64,000 nt of DNA from Octopus vulgaris (Eukaryota): assembly GCA_951406725.2 (NCBI GenBank), contig OX597827.1, positions 14,570,001 to 14,634,000 on the forward strand, written 5' to 3'. Position numbers and translations under genes: made by a program. The notes under the pieces are model-generated. The model had not been told where the DNA came from. It was given only the letters and a program-made list of their open reading frames with translations, and did not search any database. Below, piece after piece: positions 13,100-26,160 of this stretch. The stretch's first letter is position 1, and each line of letters begins with the position of its first letter.

Positions 13100-13174
13100 C
13101 ACAAGGACACACACACACACACACATATATATATATGTATATATATACATAAATAAATATGTGTGTATGTATAT

Positions 13175-13241
<67 letters not shown>

Positions 13242-13929
13242 GTATTTATATATGTATACATATATGTGTCTATGTATATATATATATATACATACACACA
13301 CACATATATATACATACATATATACATACACACACACAGATATATATATATACATATATACATACTTGTTTATCTCTATATATGTATAAATATATGTATA
13401 AATAACTATATGCATGTATAATGTATATTTTTATATGTATAGCAGGCAGACAGGCAGGCAGACAAGCAGGCAGGCAGGCAGACAGAGGGATAGACTAGAG
13501 AAGGAATATGTTTCTATGTATGTGAGTATGTATGCGTATGTATATACAAAGCATCCCCATACATGTTATTAATAATTTGCATTCTCCCATCAAAGAATAA
13601 ACATTTCACTTTAAAACTTGGAAGGAGTTTGCTCTGTTGAAAAAAGAGAATTCTTAGTGTGACAATATAATTACGATGCCGACCATCTTTCTGAAACAAC
13701 ATAACTTTGGCAAACATCAAGAATGGAACTCCAATTTCTAATGGCTGAATTTTGAAATTAGTTGGTATTGTAAACTGAGCTGTGAGTATAATAGGTATTG
13801 TAGCTTGCCAATCTGTAATGCACTCACACACACACAAACATGCATGTGCGTGTGTGTGGGTGTGTGTGTGTGAGTTTGCATGTGTGTATGTATGTGAATG
13901 TATGTGATTTTTGTACAAACACACACATA

Positions 13930-13967
<38 letters not shown>

Positions 13968-13973
<6 letters not shown>

Positions 13974-14254
13974 AAATATAAGGAATGGCCATAATAGGAC
14001 ATTCGACTTATTAGAAAGAGCAGCCAAATTCAAACTGCTATTAGTTGTAATTCTGAAATTGAAAGAGAAATAAAAACGTTTACCCTTTCATCTCTGGACT
14101 TTCATCTCTGGATTTGGCTGCTCTTTCTAGTGAGTCGAATGTCCTATTATGGCCATTCCTTATATTTTTGAATGTATATTATATAGTCTTTGACTATCTT
14201 TTCTTTCTCACTGGACCGCTGGTAGCAGAGAATTTTTTGCTACTCTTATATTTA

Positions 14255-14260
<6 letters not shown>
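13968..14260. mobile_element. (TA)n-flanked island with 62 bp inverted repeat (13968-14029 / 14112-14173), Penelope-like remnant
   Basis: Arms differ at 2 positions; TA runs on both sides. Confidence 0.7.
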
Positions 14261-14295
<35 letters not shown>

Positions 14296-14298
14296 CAA

Positions 14299-14700
14299 GT
14301 GCAGGAGTGGCTGTGTGGTAAGTAAATTGCTTACAAACCACGTGGTTCCAGGTTCAGTCCCACTGTGTGGCACCTTGGGCATGTGTCTTCTACTATAGCC
14401 TTGGGCCGACCAAGGCCTTGTGAGTGGATTTGGTAGACGGAAGCTAAAAGAAACCTGTTATATATATATATATATATATAAGCATATTTTTGTGTATCTG
14501 TGTTTGTGCTCCCCACTATCATTGACAACTAATGTTGGTGTGTTTACGTCCCCATAACTTAGCGGTTCAGCAAAAGAAAATGATAGAATAAGTACTAGAC
14601 TTACAAAGAATAAGTTCTGGGGTCGATTTGTTCAACTACAGGCGGAGCTCCAGCATGGCTGCAGTCAAATGACTGAAACAAATAAAAGAATAAAAGAAGA
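14299..14700 (+). mobile_element. SINE family A
   Basis: Full-length match to other copies. Confidence 0.92.
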
Positions 14701-14775
14701 TATATCTTATATATCTATATCATATATATATCATATGTATCATATATATTATATATATATATATATATATACATA

Positions 14776-15686
14776 TCTAAAAATCTTTAAAATTGAAGTT
14801 TTCTCTGTGTGTGTGTGTGTTTGTGTGTACAAAAATTTAATGTACGTCAATAACTTCTGCATTTTTCATCCAATTTCTTTAAAATTTTATACACAGTTTC
14901 TTCATATCTCAGACTCAAACACCGGCTACTTAGATTTTTTAAAAATCGATATTGGGGCCTCTAAAGCAATGGAAAATCAATAATAGATGATGCCTATTCA
15001 TTTGCATTAATTAGCGGTTTTATAATCCCATTCATTTGCATTAATCAGCTGTTTTATAGGGTCTTCTATACCTCTTTAATCTTTTTATAAAAGTGAAAGG
15101 ATTTTGTCTATTTATTTATTTCCACTATCCGCCAGCAACAGTGATTAAATTGACAAGGAACACATACATGTCCACAATTCTCAACAGATTTTCACCAAAC
15201 TTTACACACGCATTACTTATATATTTTCTTATTGCCCACAAGGGGCTAAACATAGAGGGGACAAACAAAGACAGACAAAGGGATTAAGTCGATTATATCG
15301 AACCTAGTGCATAACTGGTACTTTATTTGTCAACCCCGAAAGGATGAAAGGCAAAGTCAACCTCGGCGGAATATGAACTCAGAACATAACGGCAAACAAA
15401 ATACAGCTACGCGATATCGCCCAGCATGCTAACAATTCTGCCAGCTCGCCACCTTAACACGCATTACTTATATCCCAAGGATGGTCATGCACTAAGCATT
15501 TGGCCCAGAGCTCCCATGTAAATAGACCTAAATGGACATAATCTATTTTTTTGTCTGTAGGGTCTTCCATACTTTTTAAAGTTTTCGTATACTTTTTTAA
15601 ACTTTTTATAAAAGTGAAAGGATTTTTTCTGTTTATTTATTTCGACAGTCCACCTGCATCAGGGATTAAATTGACTAGGAACACAC
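14776..15686 (+). mobile_element. Helitron-like remnant with internal ~110-130 bp duplication, interrupted by SINE B
   Basis: A|TC start followed by TG-rich tract; ttttataaaagtgaaaggatttt...gattaaattgacaaggaacaca occurs at ~15083 and ~15604; no 3' CTAG end identified. Confidence 0.45.
15223..15456 (-). mobile_element. SINE family B with 17 bp TSD
   Basis: acacgcattacttatat at 15206-15222 and 15457-15473. Confidence 0.93.
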
Positions 15687-15687
15687 A

Positions 15688-16075
15688 CTGTGGCCATGCT
15701 GGAGCACCGCCTTTAATCGAGCAACTCGACCCCGGGACTTATTCTTTGTAAGCCCAGTACTTATTCTATCGGTCTCTTTTGCCGAACCGCTAAGTAACGG
15801 GGACGTAAACATACCAGCATCGGTTGTCAAGCGATGTTGGTGGGGACAAACACAGACACACAAACACACACGCACACACACACATATATATATATATATA
15901 TACATATATATACAACGGGCTTCTTTCAGTTTCCGTCTACCAAATCCACTCACAAGGCATTGGTCGGCCCGGGGCTATAGCAGAAGACACTTGCCCAAGA
16001 TGCCACGCAGTGGGACTGAACCCAGAACCATGCGGCTGGTAAGCAAGCTACTTACACACAGCCACTCCTGCGCCT
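15688..16075 (-). mobile_element. SINE family A
   Basis: Reverse complement of family A; last part of tail missing. Confidence 0.92.
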
Positions 16076-16409
16076 ATAAATATCCAATGCCAAAGAATCT
16101 TAATCTCCATATTTAAACTGCATTAAGCTTTGGCAACCTTACCTTTACCTATTCTGAGTTACTCGAAAGGTGATGTTCCCATCCCTCTCATCTATTTGTT
16201 GATACCTTTGTTTACCTACCAATGCGTTGTTTCACTTTAAGGATGCTTATTTACTCATCAATTATGATATTTCGACTGTTGTCCACTGTTTACAAATACG
16301 TTTTAGCATTGTCATTCTAGCCCTTTTTAAACAATCACTAGTGGTTCAATGGAGTGTTAGGTAGCAATCCAATTATATAGCCCTACATTCGTCAGAGGTA
16401 GCCAATATT

Positions 16410-16814
16410 CCAGGCGTAGGAGTGGCTGTGTGGTAAGTAGCTTGCTTACCAACCACATGGTTCTGGGTTCAGTCCCACTGCGTGGCATCTTGGGTAAGTG
16501 TCTTCTACTATAGCCTCGGGCCGACCAAAGCCTTGTGAGTGGATTTGGTAGACGGAAACTGAAAGAAGCCCGTCATATATATGCATATATGTGTGTGTTT
16601 GTGTGTCTGTATTTGTTGCCCCCACTATCGCTTGACAACCGATGCCGGTTGTTTATGTCCCTGTAACTTAGAGGTTCGGCAAAAAAAGACCCCGATAGAA
16701 TAAGTACTAGGCTTACAAAGAATAAGTCCTGGGGTCGATGTGCTCGACTAAAGGCGGTGCCCCAGCATGGCCACAGTCAAATGAGTGAAACAAATAAAAG
16801 AGTATAAAAAGAGT
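16410..16814 (+). mobile_element. SINE family A inserted between arms of an older inverted repeat
   Basis: Full-length copy; flanks 16351-16396 and 16820-16862 are reverse complements. Confidence 0.92.
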
Positions 16815-16819
16815 AATTC

Positions 16820-16898
16820 CTAATGAGCATAGGGCTATATAATCAGATTGTTACCTGACACTATGGTGTAACCCTAGCGTGAAACCGATTGGTAAGAT
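16820..16898 (+). ncRNA. Degenerate hammerhead-like motif with long stem II
   Basis: CTAATGA gcataggg...ccctagcgt GAAAC CGATTG GTA; the inverted copy at 16389-16395 (-) reads CTGACGA. Confidence 0.5.
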
Positions 16899-17124
16899 CA
16901 GCCATGATGGATATATAATACTGTACACTTCAGTTATACATACATACATATATATATATACATATATAGGATATCCAGAGATGATGCAGTACGATCGTTT
17001 CAAGCAACTCCATTTGATTGAACAATGCAATCATTACATCAATTTAAATGGAGACCTATCCTCAGCTGCATAAATTAAATAGAATTTATTTAAACAGTAT
17101 AATTTTACCTAAATCCTCTAAAAG

Positions 17125-17160
<36 letters not shown>

Positions 17161-17297
17161 TCTGGAATTCTGCATACAAGTCAGTTAATACTCATCAGTT
17201 GGACTACTTCACAGTTCTTTTGTGTAAAAGAATGTGTGTGCTTATGTGTACAGATTTTATAGAAATAATCATATGTACACACATTACATACATACAT

Positions 17298-17923
17298 TAT
17301 TATGGCTGCCCCCTCGTTATCAAGTATGGCCATTGCACAAAGCTTAACTGTTACTGGTGCTGTGATCGAATGTGACTTTTTAGCCCAGCGAAAGATCTAC
17401 AATGTCTTGTACAGAATTGGCAACTAAAACCTTTACTGGTAATAGCCGGCTGTAGTTGTAACTAGGCTTCATGTACCTTTGCATGTCGTTTAAGTCCTCC
17501 TGCCGAATTACACTCTCTTCCACATGCTCGACAGATATGATTAGTATGGTGTGTTACACCACCACCAGTGGCCAGGTTGTCACTCATCTGTTTCGTTTTA
17601 TGACTATGAAGATGACTCATGAGTCCAGCTTTACTGAGGCAGGGTCTTGCACAGACATTGCATGTCAGAATCAAAGGAAGACCCTTCCCTTCTGGAAGTG
17701 TAATAGCGATGCCCTTCCTGACATCCCTCCTTACTTTCTCATGTGCAACTCGAGATTTCTCAAATGTGGTTCTCCCCTCATTCACAATCCTTCTCCACCT
17801 GCTATGATCAATAGCTATGCCTTCCCATGTGTCAGGAGAGATGCAAGCATCTCTTAAGGAAGGCTTCAGCAAGTCCTTATACCTCTTTTTTGGTTTATGT
17901 GGAGGTCGTTCTCCTTTAGCTAA
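17298..17923 (-). mobile_element. 5'-truncated RTE-clade LINE: open ORF C-terminus (17462-17923) with two C2H2 fingers, plus 3' UTR
   Basis: GERPPHKPKKRYKDLLK...WEGIAIDHSRWR; CNVC-x12-HLHSH and CRAC-x12-HAKVH; possible low-complexity TSD acattacatacatacat (17281-17297 / 17935-17951). Confidence 0.88.
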
Positions 17924-18030
17924 CATACATACATACATTACATACATACATACATACATACAAATATAAATATGCTTAGTTCTAGAACTCATAAAGTATT
18001 AACCCAAATGTTTTGTAAAGACTAATTCCA

Positions 18031-18290
18031 GTGTGGGAGGTGCATGGCTTACTGGTTGGGGTGTTAGACTGAGGATCACAAGATTGTGGTTTCAATTCCC
18101 AGACCAGGCAATGCGTTGTGTTCTTGAGAAAAACACCTCATTTCACATTGCTCTAGTCCACTCAGCTGGTGAAAATGAGAGATCCTGTGACGAACCAATG
18201 TCCTGTTCAGGCGAGGAAATTATATGACATGAAACCAAGAGACCAGCCCCTCTATAAGCCAGTTATGACTCTAGAAAGTAAATTTACCTT
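18031..18290 (+). mobile_element. SINE family D, diverged
   Basis: tRNA-like head plus ttcacattgctctagtccactcagctgg shared with 49023-49275. Confidence 0.75.
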
Positions 18291-18502
18291 TTTTTTTTTG
18301 TATTACTAATATTACCAGTTCTTTAATTATATTTCATTTCTGTCATATAATTTCTTACAAGACTGTCATAGCTCTGAAATTGGTAAATACTTTATAAAGC
18401 ACTTTAGAAGAGATTTATTGCTGTTTTGTTTGAATTAAGATGAATTAAGCACACGGAATCCATTCATGCACGTATGCACGAGTGTGTGTATTTATATGCC
18501 TG

Positions 18503-18547
<45 letters not shown>

Positions 18548-18578
18548 CGGCACACGTACCCTTTTGTCTTTTATGTAA

Positions 18579-18637
<59 letters not shown>

Positions 18638-18704
18638 CATATTAATATTTAGCAGAAGCAGCAGTGACTCAAGGGCCAAGAGCTTTGTGCATTAGCATTT
18701 ATTC

Positions 18705-18735
<31 letters not shown>

Positions 18736-19296
18736 TATATACATATACATTGAAATATACATACATATATATACGTATATTTACATATACACACACACAT
18801 TCGTGTTGTGTGTGTGTATAGTGTGTGTGATTTTTCTATAGCCTTAGGGTTAACCCTGACTTTCGAATGGAAACGAATAGCTAGAATTGTTTACAGATTC
18901 CCGTTGGGTGTATTAGATCTGTAATTCTAAAGACATAGCATTGTCACACACCGTTCTACAATGAATCCGCTTGAGAATTACGCTGAGGGTACACATGTCT
19001 GCAAAATGCTCGGCTACTTACACCTTAATTCAGGAGCAGATAATTCACCAGATCAAACAACTGAATCCTCAAAGTTGAACAATGGAGATCCACCATGTTT
19101 AAAGTATATATACATACATATATATACACCTGACATGTAGGTGTGAGAGTATGTCTGCATGTACATGCATGTGTGTGTGTATATGTTTATGGATATATAT
19201 AAACACAAGCACACATATATATATACAAAAATATATAAGTATGCATGTAATATATATATATGTATATTGGAAGGTTTGGAGATGATGTACAGGTAT

Positions 19297-19457
19297 TATA
19301 TATTAGAAGAAATGAGGTATTCAGAAGATCGGATGGTTTATATTTACAGATATTTATTTGTATATTACATTTTATATATATATATATGTAATATATAAAA
19401 ATATCTGTAAATATAAACCATCCGATCTTCTGAGTACCTCATTTCTTCTAATATATA
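19297..19457. repeat. 59 bp near-perfect inverted repeat in (TA)n context (19297-19355 / 19399-19457)
   Basis: One mismatch between arms. Confidence 0.9.
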
Positions 19458-19507
19458 TGTATATATATATATGTATACAAATATATACTTATGTATACGT
19501 ATGTGTG

Positions 19508-19544
<37 letters not shown>

Positions 19545-19581
19545 TCATAAAATACAGTGTACATTTAAACACATAAGGAAT

Positions 19582-19652
<71 letters not shown>

Positions 19653-19837
19653 TATAAATACACACCTACGTATACATAAGTATATATATGCTGACCACTT
19701 GATAAAATCGTTATTTTATTTTAAAATTAACGATCTTATCCTTATTTATATAAATATTTGTATACATATATATATATATATATATATATAATATGTGTGT
19801 GTGTGTGTATACAAATATATATTTATGTATACATGTG

Positions 19838-19875
<38 letters not shown>

Positions 19876-19924
19876 CATATATATATATATGTATGTATAC
19901 AAATATATATTTATGTATACATGT

Positions 19925-19972
<48 letters not shown>

Positions 19973-19993
19973 CATATATATATATATATACAT

Positions 19994-20055
<62 letters not shown>

Positions 20056-20718
20056 GCACACACACATACGTGCACAAACATACGCATACATACACACACA
20101 TATATGATAGATATATATTTATTTATTTATTTATGTATGAATGTATATGCATGCAAACACACATGACATGGACACTCACAAGTACACACGTGAACATGCA
20201 TGAACGTGGGTGCATGTACCCATTCTTCTGATACGAAACCAAAATGACACGTTTGGACACCCAAGCTAATGCAGAGATGGTAAAGCGAAAAAAAAAAAAA
20301 AAAAAAAAAACGAAAATATGCTATTAAAGGTAAAAAAAAAAATAGAAGAAAAAGAAAAGAAAGAGGGAAAACCACCATTAAAAAGAAAACTAGAAGAATC
20401 TAAAAGACAGTCAGAATGCATGATATGCTGTTGGTCCTAAAGGCGATAAAATATATCTGATATACTGAGATATTTTTGTGAAGTGAAAATATAGAAATGG
20501 AACACTTTCAGGCTATAGAAAATTTCTTCTACCATCTTTGAAAGCTTCCAAAATTATACATGGAAATGAGATCTAAAAGAAGTCTTCGCAAACATCATTG
20601 GTTGGTATGACAACTGTGGGTGTGTGTGTGTGTGTGTGTTAAAAATGAAGATATCTAACTCCTTTCCGACTATATATGTAAATGATTGTTCATTGTGCAA
20701 GTGTATGTAAATATACGC

Positions 20719-20754
<36 letters not shown>

Positions 20755-20764
20755 GTGTGTGTGG

Positions 20765-20837
<73 letters not shown>

Positions 20838-21098
20838 TATGTATGTGTATATGTATTAGTGTATATATATGTCCGTGTGTGTGTGAATATATATATGCAT
20901 ACACACATATGAATATATGTATATGTATCATCATCATCGTTTAACATCTGCCTACCATGCTAACATGTGGTGTGTATGTATATATATATACATATATACA
21001 TGCATACATTCATACTAATATCATATATATATTATATATATATACACATATGTGTGGTGTGTATATATATATGGATATATATATATGTATAAATATTC

Positions 21099-21146
<48 letters not shown>

Positions 21147-21691
21147 TATGATGTTTGTATGAATGTATGCATGTATATATATATATGTGTGTGTGTGTAT
21201 GTATGTATGTATGTTTAATTATCGGCAAAAACATCTTCACTGAAAACTTGTTAGTTAGGACTAAAGCTGTGCCCCCCTGGAGAATCAAACATTACTGTTT
21301 TGGATAGCTTGAAAAACAAAAAAAAAAGAAAGGAAAACAGAACTTTGTTTCTAGTGCAAAGAGAGATTCACTAAAGTATTATTTCTAGAGAATTCCATAT
21401 CCAGAAGAAACGGATGACAAAAACACTTCAATGATGCTATGTGCTAAAAGTTTTCTTCAATTATTTTGGGAAATAAGAGTGAGGAAGCATTCTCTCGGTA
21501 CAAATTTTATTATTATGCTGATGAAAAACAAAAAAAAAACTTAAAGCGAGTTTTAGGGGGTTTCAATTTTTTTTTTTTACACATGCTTTCTAATTTTTGT
21601 TTCATCTGTGTAATAAGTTTGATCTGGTTTACAGATTGTGATATGTTTGCTTGTTTTTACGTCTGTTTTCTGATGCCAGCATGAGTTATAT

Positions 21692-22044
21692 CAGTAGTTC
21701 TCAACCGGGGTCCATATGGCCTCTGAGAAACCATATAAGATTTTGTGGGGGTCACGCAAGCAAAATAGTTAATAGGGGATCCACAACAGTATTTTATGGG
21801 CCTCTGAAAAAATTCTGCTTTAGATGCTTGTATTGGTATATATTACAAGAAATAAATAGGTTTCTTTCTCTAACATTTTACATAGGTCAATCTACACAAG
21901 TTCATGTGTAAAAAACAAAATATGAATTTTGAAAGATGTTTCTATAAAACAGGTTTTTAGACTTCAAATGACCATGGAGGTCTGCCAGAATATAATAATA
22001 ATCAAAGGAGTCCACAGATAAAAAAATATGATTGAGAAACCCTG
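21692..22044. mobile_element. hAT-type MITE
   Basis: TIR cagtagttctcaacc / gattgagaaaccctg; flanking 8-mers agttatat / ggttagat (6 of 8 match). Confidence 0.65.
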
Positions 22045-22179
22045 GGTTAGATGAATCTGTTATCAAGGCATTGCTTTTGTTTTGAAGTTGAATGCTCTTC
22101 CTCTTGCTAAACTTACCTGTTTTTCCTATGTGGAATTTCTTAGCCTACTCATCTTAAAGGGTTCAAAACAAGCAGATCC

Positions 22180-22389
22180 TTCACAAGTGAGCTGCAAGAT
22201 GCAGGAGGAAAGAGTGAGAGAAAGTTGTGACGAAAGAGTCAGCAGAAGTTTTGCCATTACCTTCTGCCGGAACCGCATGGAGCTTAGGTGTTTCTCTCAT
22301 AAACACACACATCGCCCGGTCTGAGATTCGAACCCGCGATCCCTCGACCGCGAGTCCACTGCTCTAACCACTAGGCCATGTGCCTCCAC
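22180..22389 (-). mobile_element. SINE family C variant, 5' part
   Basis: tggcctagtggttag A-box and ggttcgaatc B-box; body similar to 40553-40740. Confidence 0.85.
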
Positions 22390-22695
22390 GCACATATTGT
22401 CAGCCACTAAGGGACATGTTTAAGTGGTTATGGTCAAACTACTGACAAGCAAATCTGTGGTATTGAGCAGAATATTTGCTATAACAATATTTCTGCTTCA
22501 GCAACTCAGCACAGAATCTGTCAGAAATGTAATGGAAAATAGGTCAGTTTCAAAACATTGATGTCCAGGTCACAAAAGCAAGGTTTGAAAGGAGTAGTTA
22601 GTAATTTCCTTTGATTTCTAGATAGAAGCAAATAGGAAATAATTCTTACTAACCAAAGATAGAAAAAATTGTTACATAGTTAAAAATTGTTATAT

Positions 22696-23100
22696 AGGCG
22701 CAGGAGTGGCTGTGTGGTAAGTAGCTTGCTTACCAACCACATGGTTCCGGGTTCAGTCCCACTGCGTGGCATCTTGGGCAAGTGTCTTCTGCTATAGCCT
22801 CAGGCCGACCAAAGCCTTGTGAGTGGATTTGGTAGACGGAAACTGAAAGAAGCCCGTCATATATAATTATATATATGCATGTGTGTGTTTGTGTGTCTGT
22901 GTTTGTCCCCCTAGCATTGCTTGACAACCGATGCTGATGTGTTTATGTCCCCGTTACTTAGCGGTTCGGCAAAAGAGACCGATAGAATAAGTACTGGTCT
23001 TACAAAAGAATAAGTCCCGGGGTCGAGTTGCTCGATTAAAGGCGGTGCTCCAGCATGGCCGCAGTCAAATGACTGAAACAAGTAAAAGAGAAAAAGAGAG
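22696..23100 (+). mobile_element. SINE family A
   Basis: Full-length, close to in-window consensus. Confidence 0.93.
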
Positions 23101-23645
23101 AATGTAAATTGTTGCCATTTTAAATTCTTACAATTTTGTTTCTGTATCTTTATCAGAAGAGTATCTGACTATCACAAAATTTCAGGAAGCCGACAAATAA
23201 ATATATATCTGGTGCTTTCAGCATGATGTCGTAGATGTGACTGTAAACAACATTGGGTTTCCAGAAAAAGGAACATCATTTAATTAACTATTCATGTTCT
23301 TAAATACTCCAAGCCATTCATAAATCAATGCTTTCTTTTTCTCTCATATTGATTTTTACTCATCTCTTCTTGCTTGTTCTGTATCAAAACAATTGGCCAC
23401 ATTCGATAAAAATACTTTCCAAGCACCCCATTGATGAACTAAAAAGAGAAACATGATCTCGAGCAGGTAGAATGTTCATTCCGATACTTTGTTATTTCGG
23501 TCTTTATTTAGCTCGACACTAGATTGAGCGGAAACTGAGATGGAGAGTTTCCTAGAAAAATGAAGGGGAAAAAAAAGCCTATTTGTTTAAATAGAAGTGA
23601 AAATGGAATAGTCATGCTTGAAAATAATTGCACAGTACTATGATG

Positions 23646-23646
23646 C

Positions 23647-23689
<43 letters not shown>

Positions 23690-23810
23690 GTTATTATTAT
23701 TATTGTTATTATTATTATTATTATTATTATTGTTATTGTTATTATTAGTATTATCATTATTATTATTATTATTATTATCATTATTATTATTATTATTGTT
23801 ATTATTATTA

Positions 23811-23883
<73 letters not shown>
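23646..23883. repeat. (ATT)n microsatellite
   Basis: Direct reading. Confidence 0.98.
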
Positions 23884-23884
<1 letters not shown>

Positions 23885-24218
23885 TTTATTACAGTCATAG
23901 TTATAATTAATTGTAATTCACAGTGATTATTAAGAATGTTAGGTTAATTACCAAATTTGTCAAGAAAAGGAATATTTTGTTCTTCAAGTTCCATCTTTTT
24001 CTACTTTTGATTGGTGCTGTTGTAGCTATTGTTGTTGTTGTTGTTATTGTAGCTATTGTTGTTGTTGTTGTTGTTGCTGTTGTTGCAATTCAACAATGTA
24101 AATGTAATCAAACATTTATATAGTTGTTACATTACCGTTACCTCTGCTGCTAAAACACAACAACAGCAGCACAGGCTAACAAGGGAGCTTTTATGTGGTT
24201 GTTTGACCAGCTAGAAAC

Positions 24219-24355
24219 ATTGTTTAACGTCCGTCTTCCATGCTGGCATGGGTTGGACGGTTTGACAAAAGTTGGCCAAGCAGAAGACTGCAACAGACTT
24301 CTGTGTCTGTTCTGGCATAGTTTTATGGCTGGATACCTTTCCTAACACCAACGAA
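24219..24355 (-). mobile_element. Family E (RTE-like 3' tail) fragment
   Basis: tttaacgtccgtcttccatgctggcatgggttggacgg shared with 59800 and 38690. Confidence 0.7.
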
Positions 24356-25034
24356 CTCGCAGATATATATATATATATATTACATACATATATTATTTAA
24401 AACAGCTTGTTTCAATTCCATGCGACTTCAAGGTTCACAGGCCCCTAACAGGAATCCAACTCTTTCAGGCTTTCGATTGCAGAATGGAGCGGTATGTGAA
24501 GTCCAAGATAATTATTGGATGCATATATACATACATACACACAGACACACACACGTGCGTGTGTATATAAATATATACGAAAGTCTTCTAATAGTTTCCA
24601 TCTACCAAATTCACTCACAAGGCTTTGGCTGACCCAAGGTTATTGTAAAAGTCACTTGCCCAAGATGCCTCACAATGGGACTGAACCTGGAACCATGTGG
24701 TTGGAGAGCAAACTTTTTACCCCACAGCCATACCTGTGATAATTAGTTAAGATATCAGCATATCATCTTGTCTAATCGACTGATTATGCTCTCTGGAGTA
24801 TTATGCTCTGGAGTTAATCTGCTTTTTAAAGAGGATTAATAAGGCTGAAATATGCCTAGATTTGGCACTGTCCTCACCAAAGTTTTGACTCGCTTATTAC
24901 TACATCCATCCAGTATTTAATTACTTTTAAAGGATTAAAATTTTCCGATCGTGTCCTCTGCATTTTTGTTCAAACAGAATTAATTAATTATAAAATGATT
25001 GTTCTAAACATTATCTAATCAGATAAATTTCACT

Positions 25035-25415
25035 TCACAACTATAGGGTTTTGGGTTCAGTTCCAGAGTGTGGAACCTTGGGCAAGTGGCTTCTACTATA
25101 GCCTTGGGCTGACCAAAGTTCGGTGAGAGGATTTAGCGTAAGGAAACTAAAAGAAGCCTGTCCTGTGTCTACATGTGTATATGTGTGAGTGTGTGTGTGT
25201 GTGTGTGTGTGTTTGTGTGTCTGTGTTTGTTCCCCCCACCATCACTTGACAACCAATGCTGGTGTGTTTACGCCCCCGTAACTTAGCGGTTCGGCAAAAG
25301 AGACCAATAGAATAAGTACTAGGCTTACAAAAAATAAGTCCTGGGGTCGATTTGCTCGACTAAAGGCGGTGCTCCAGCATGGCCACAGTCATATGACTGA
25401 AACAAGTAAAAGAGC
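25035..25415 (+). mobile_element. SINE family A (diverged head, well-conserved tail)
   Basis: Match to other copies. Confidence 0.85.
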
Positions 25416-25723
25416 TTCTTTTTTTTTAACTAACTACTAATTCTATGCAGCAACAAAATTTGATTAGTGGAAGCAAAAGAAAACATATATATACCACATA
25501 TAATGTGCTTATGTGTATGCGTGTATATGCATGCGTATGTGTGTGATATCACTATTCATATTCATCATTTAACATCCATGTTCCATGCCTTGCATAGATT
25601 GGACAGTTTGACAGGAACCAATGTGTCCAAGGACTGCACTGAGCTTCAATTTCTGCTTCAGCATGGTTTCTACGGCTGCCAAAACAGCCATTAAAGTTCA
25701 TATATATTGTGTGTGTGTATATA

Positions 25724-25871
25724 CTGTATTCTAACATGTATAAGGATCACATTTTTGTTAAAAATTAGGTTTAAAAATTATGGCAGTTTCTTATACATGA
25801 TAATATTATAATCTCTTACAAAAATTTTTTTTCCAAAAATTAGTGGGTTCCTTATACACATTAAAAGACGG
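25724..25871. mobile_element. Tc1/mariner-type MITE, degenerate
   Basis: ta|ctgtattctaacatgtataagg ... ccttatacacattaaaagacgg imperfect TIRs. Confidence 0.45.
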
Positions 25872-26122
25872 TGTATATATATATATATACACACACACAA
25901 ATACATGTATCACACATCACTCCATACCAGTGTTTCTCAACCAGGGTTCCGCAAAAGGTTCCTAGGGGTTCTGTGAGAAGAGTGACATATATATATATAT
26001 ATAATATAATATAATATAATATAATATAAATAATATATATGTGCATATATATACACACACATACACACACACACACACATATATATATATCCTTGTTTCT
26101 CTCCTTGTTTTTTTTCTGTGTA

Positions 26123-26160
26123 TCTTTCTGTAGAAGAGCGTAGGCTCGAAACCTAAAAGA
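26123..26160 (+). ncRNA. Minimal hammerhead-like motif within a (TA)n-flanked island (26090-26252)
   Basis: tcttt CTGTAGA a gagc-gtag-gctc GAAAC CTA aaaga: perfect stem I and II; core deviates at A6 and G16.2. Confidence 0.55.

Noticed and set aside
13514-13924. 136 aa minus-strand ORF with ~90 non-repetitive codons
   Set aside because: No recognisable domain, both ends in microsatellite, no convincing splice sites.
17462-17992. Host C2H2 zinc-finger gene
   Set aside because: Upstream residues match the RTE ORF C-terminus; the N-terminal part of the ORF is (TATG)n; no TGEKP linkers.
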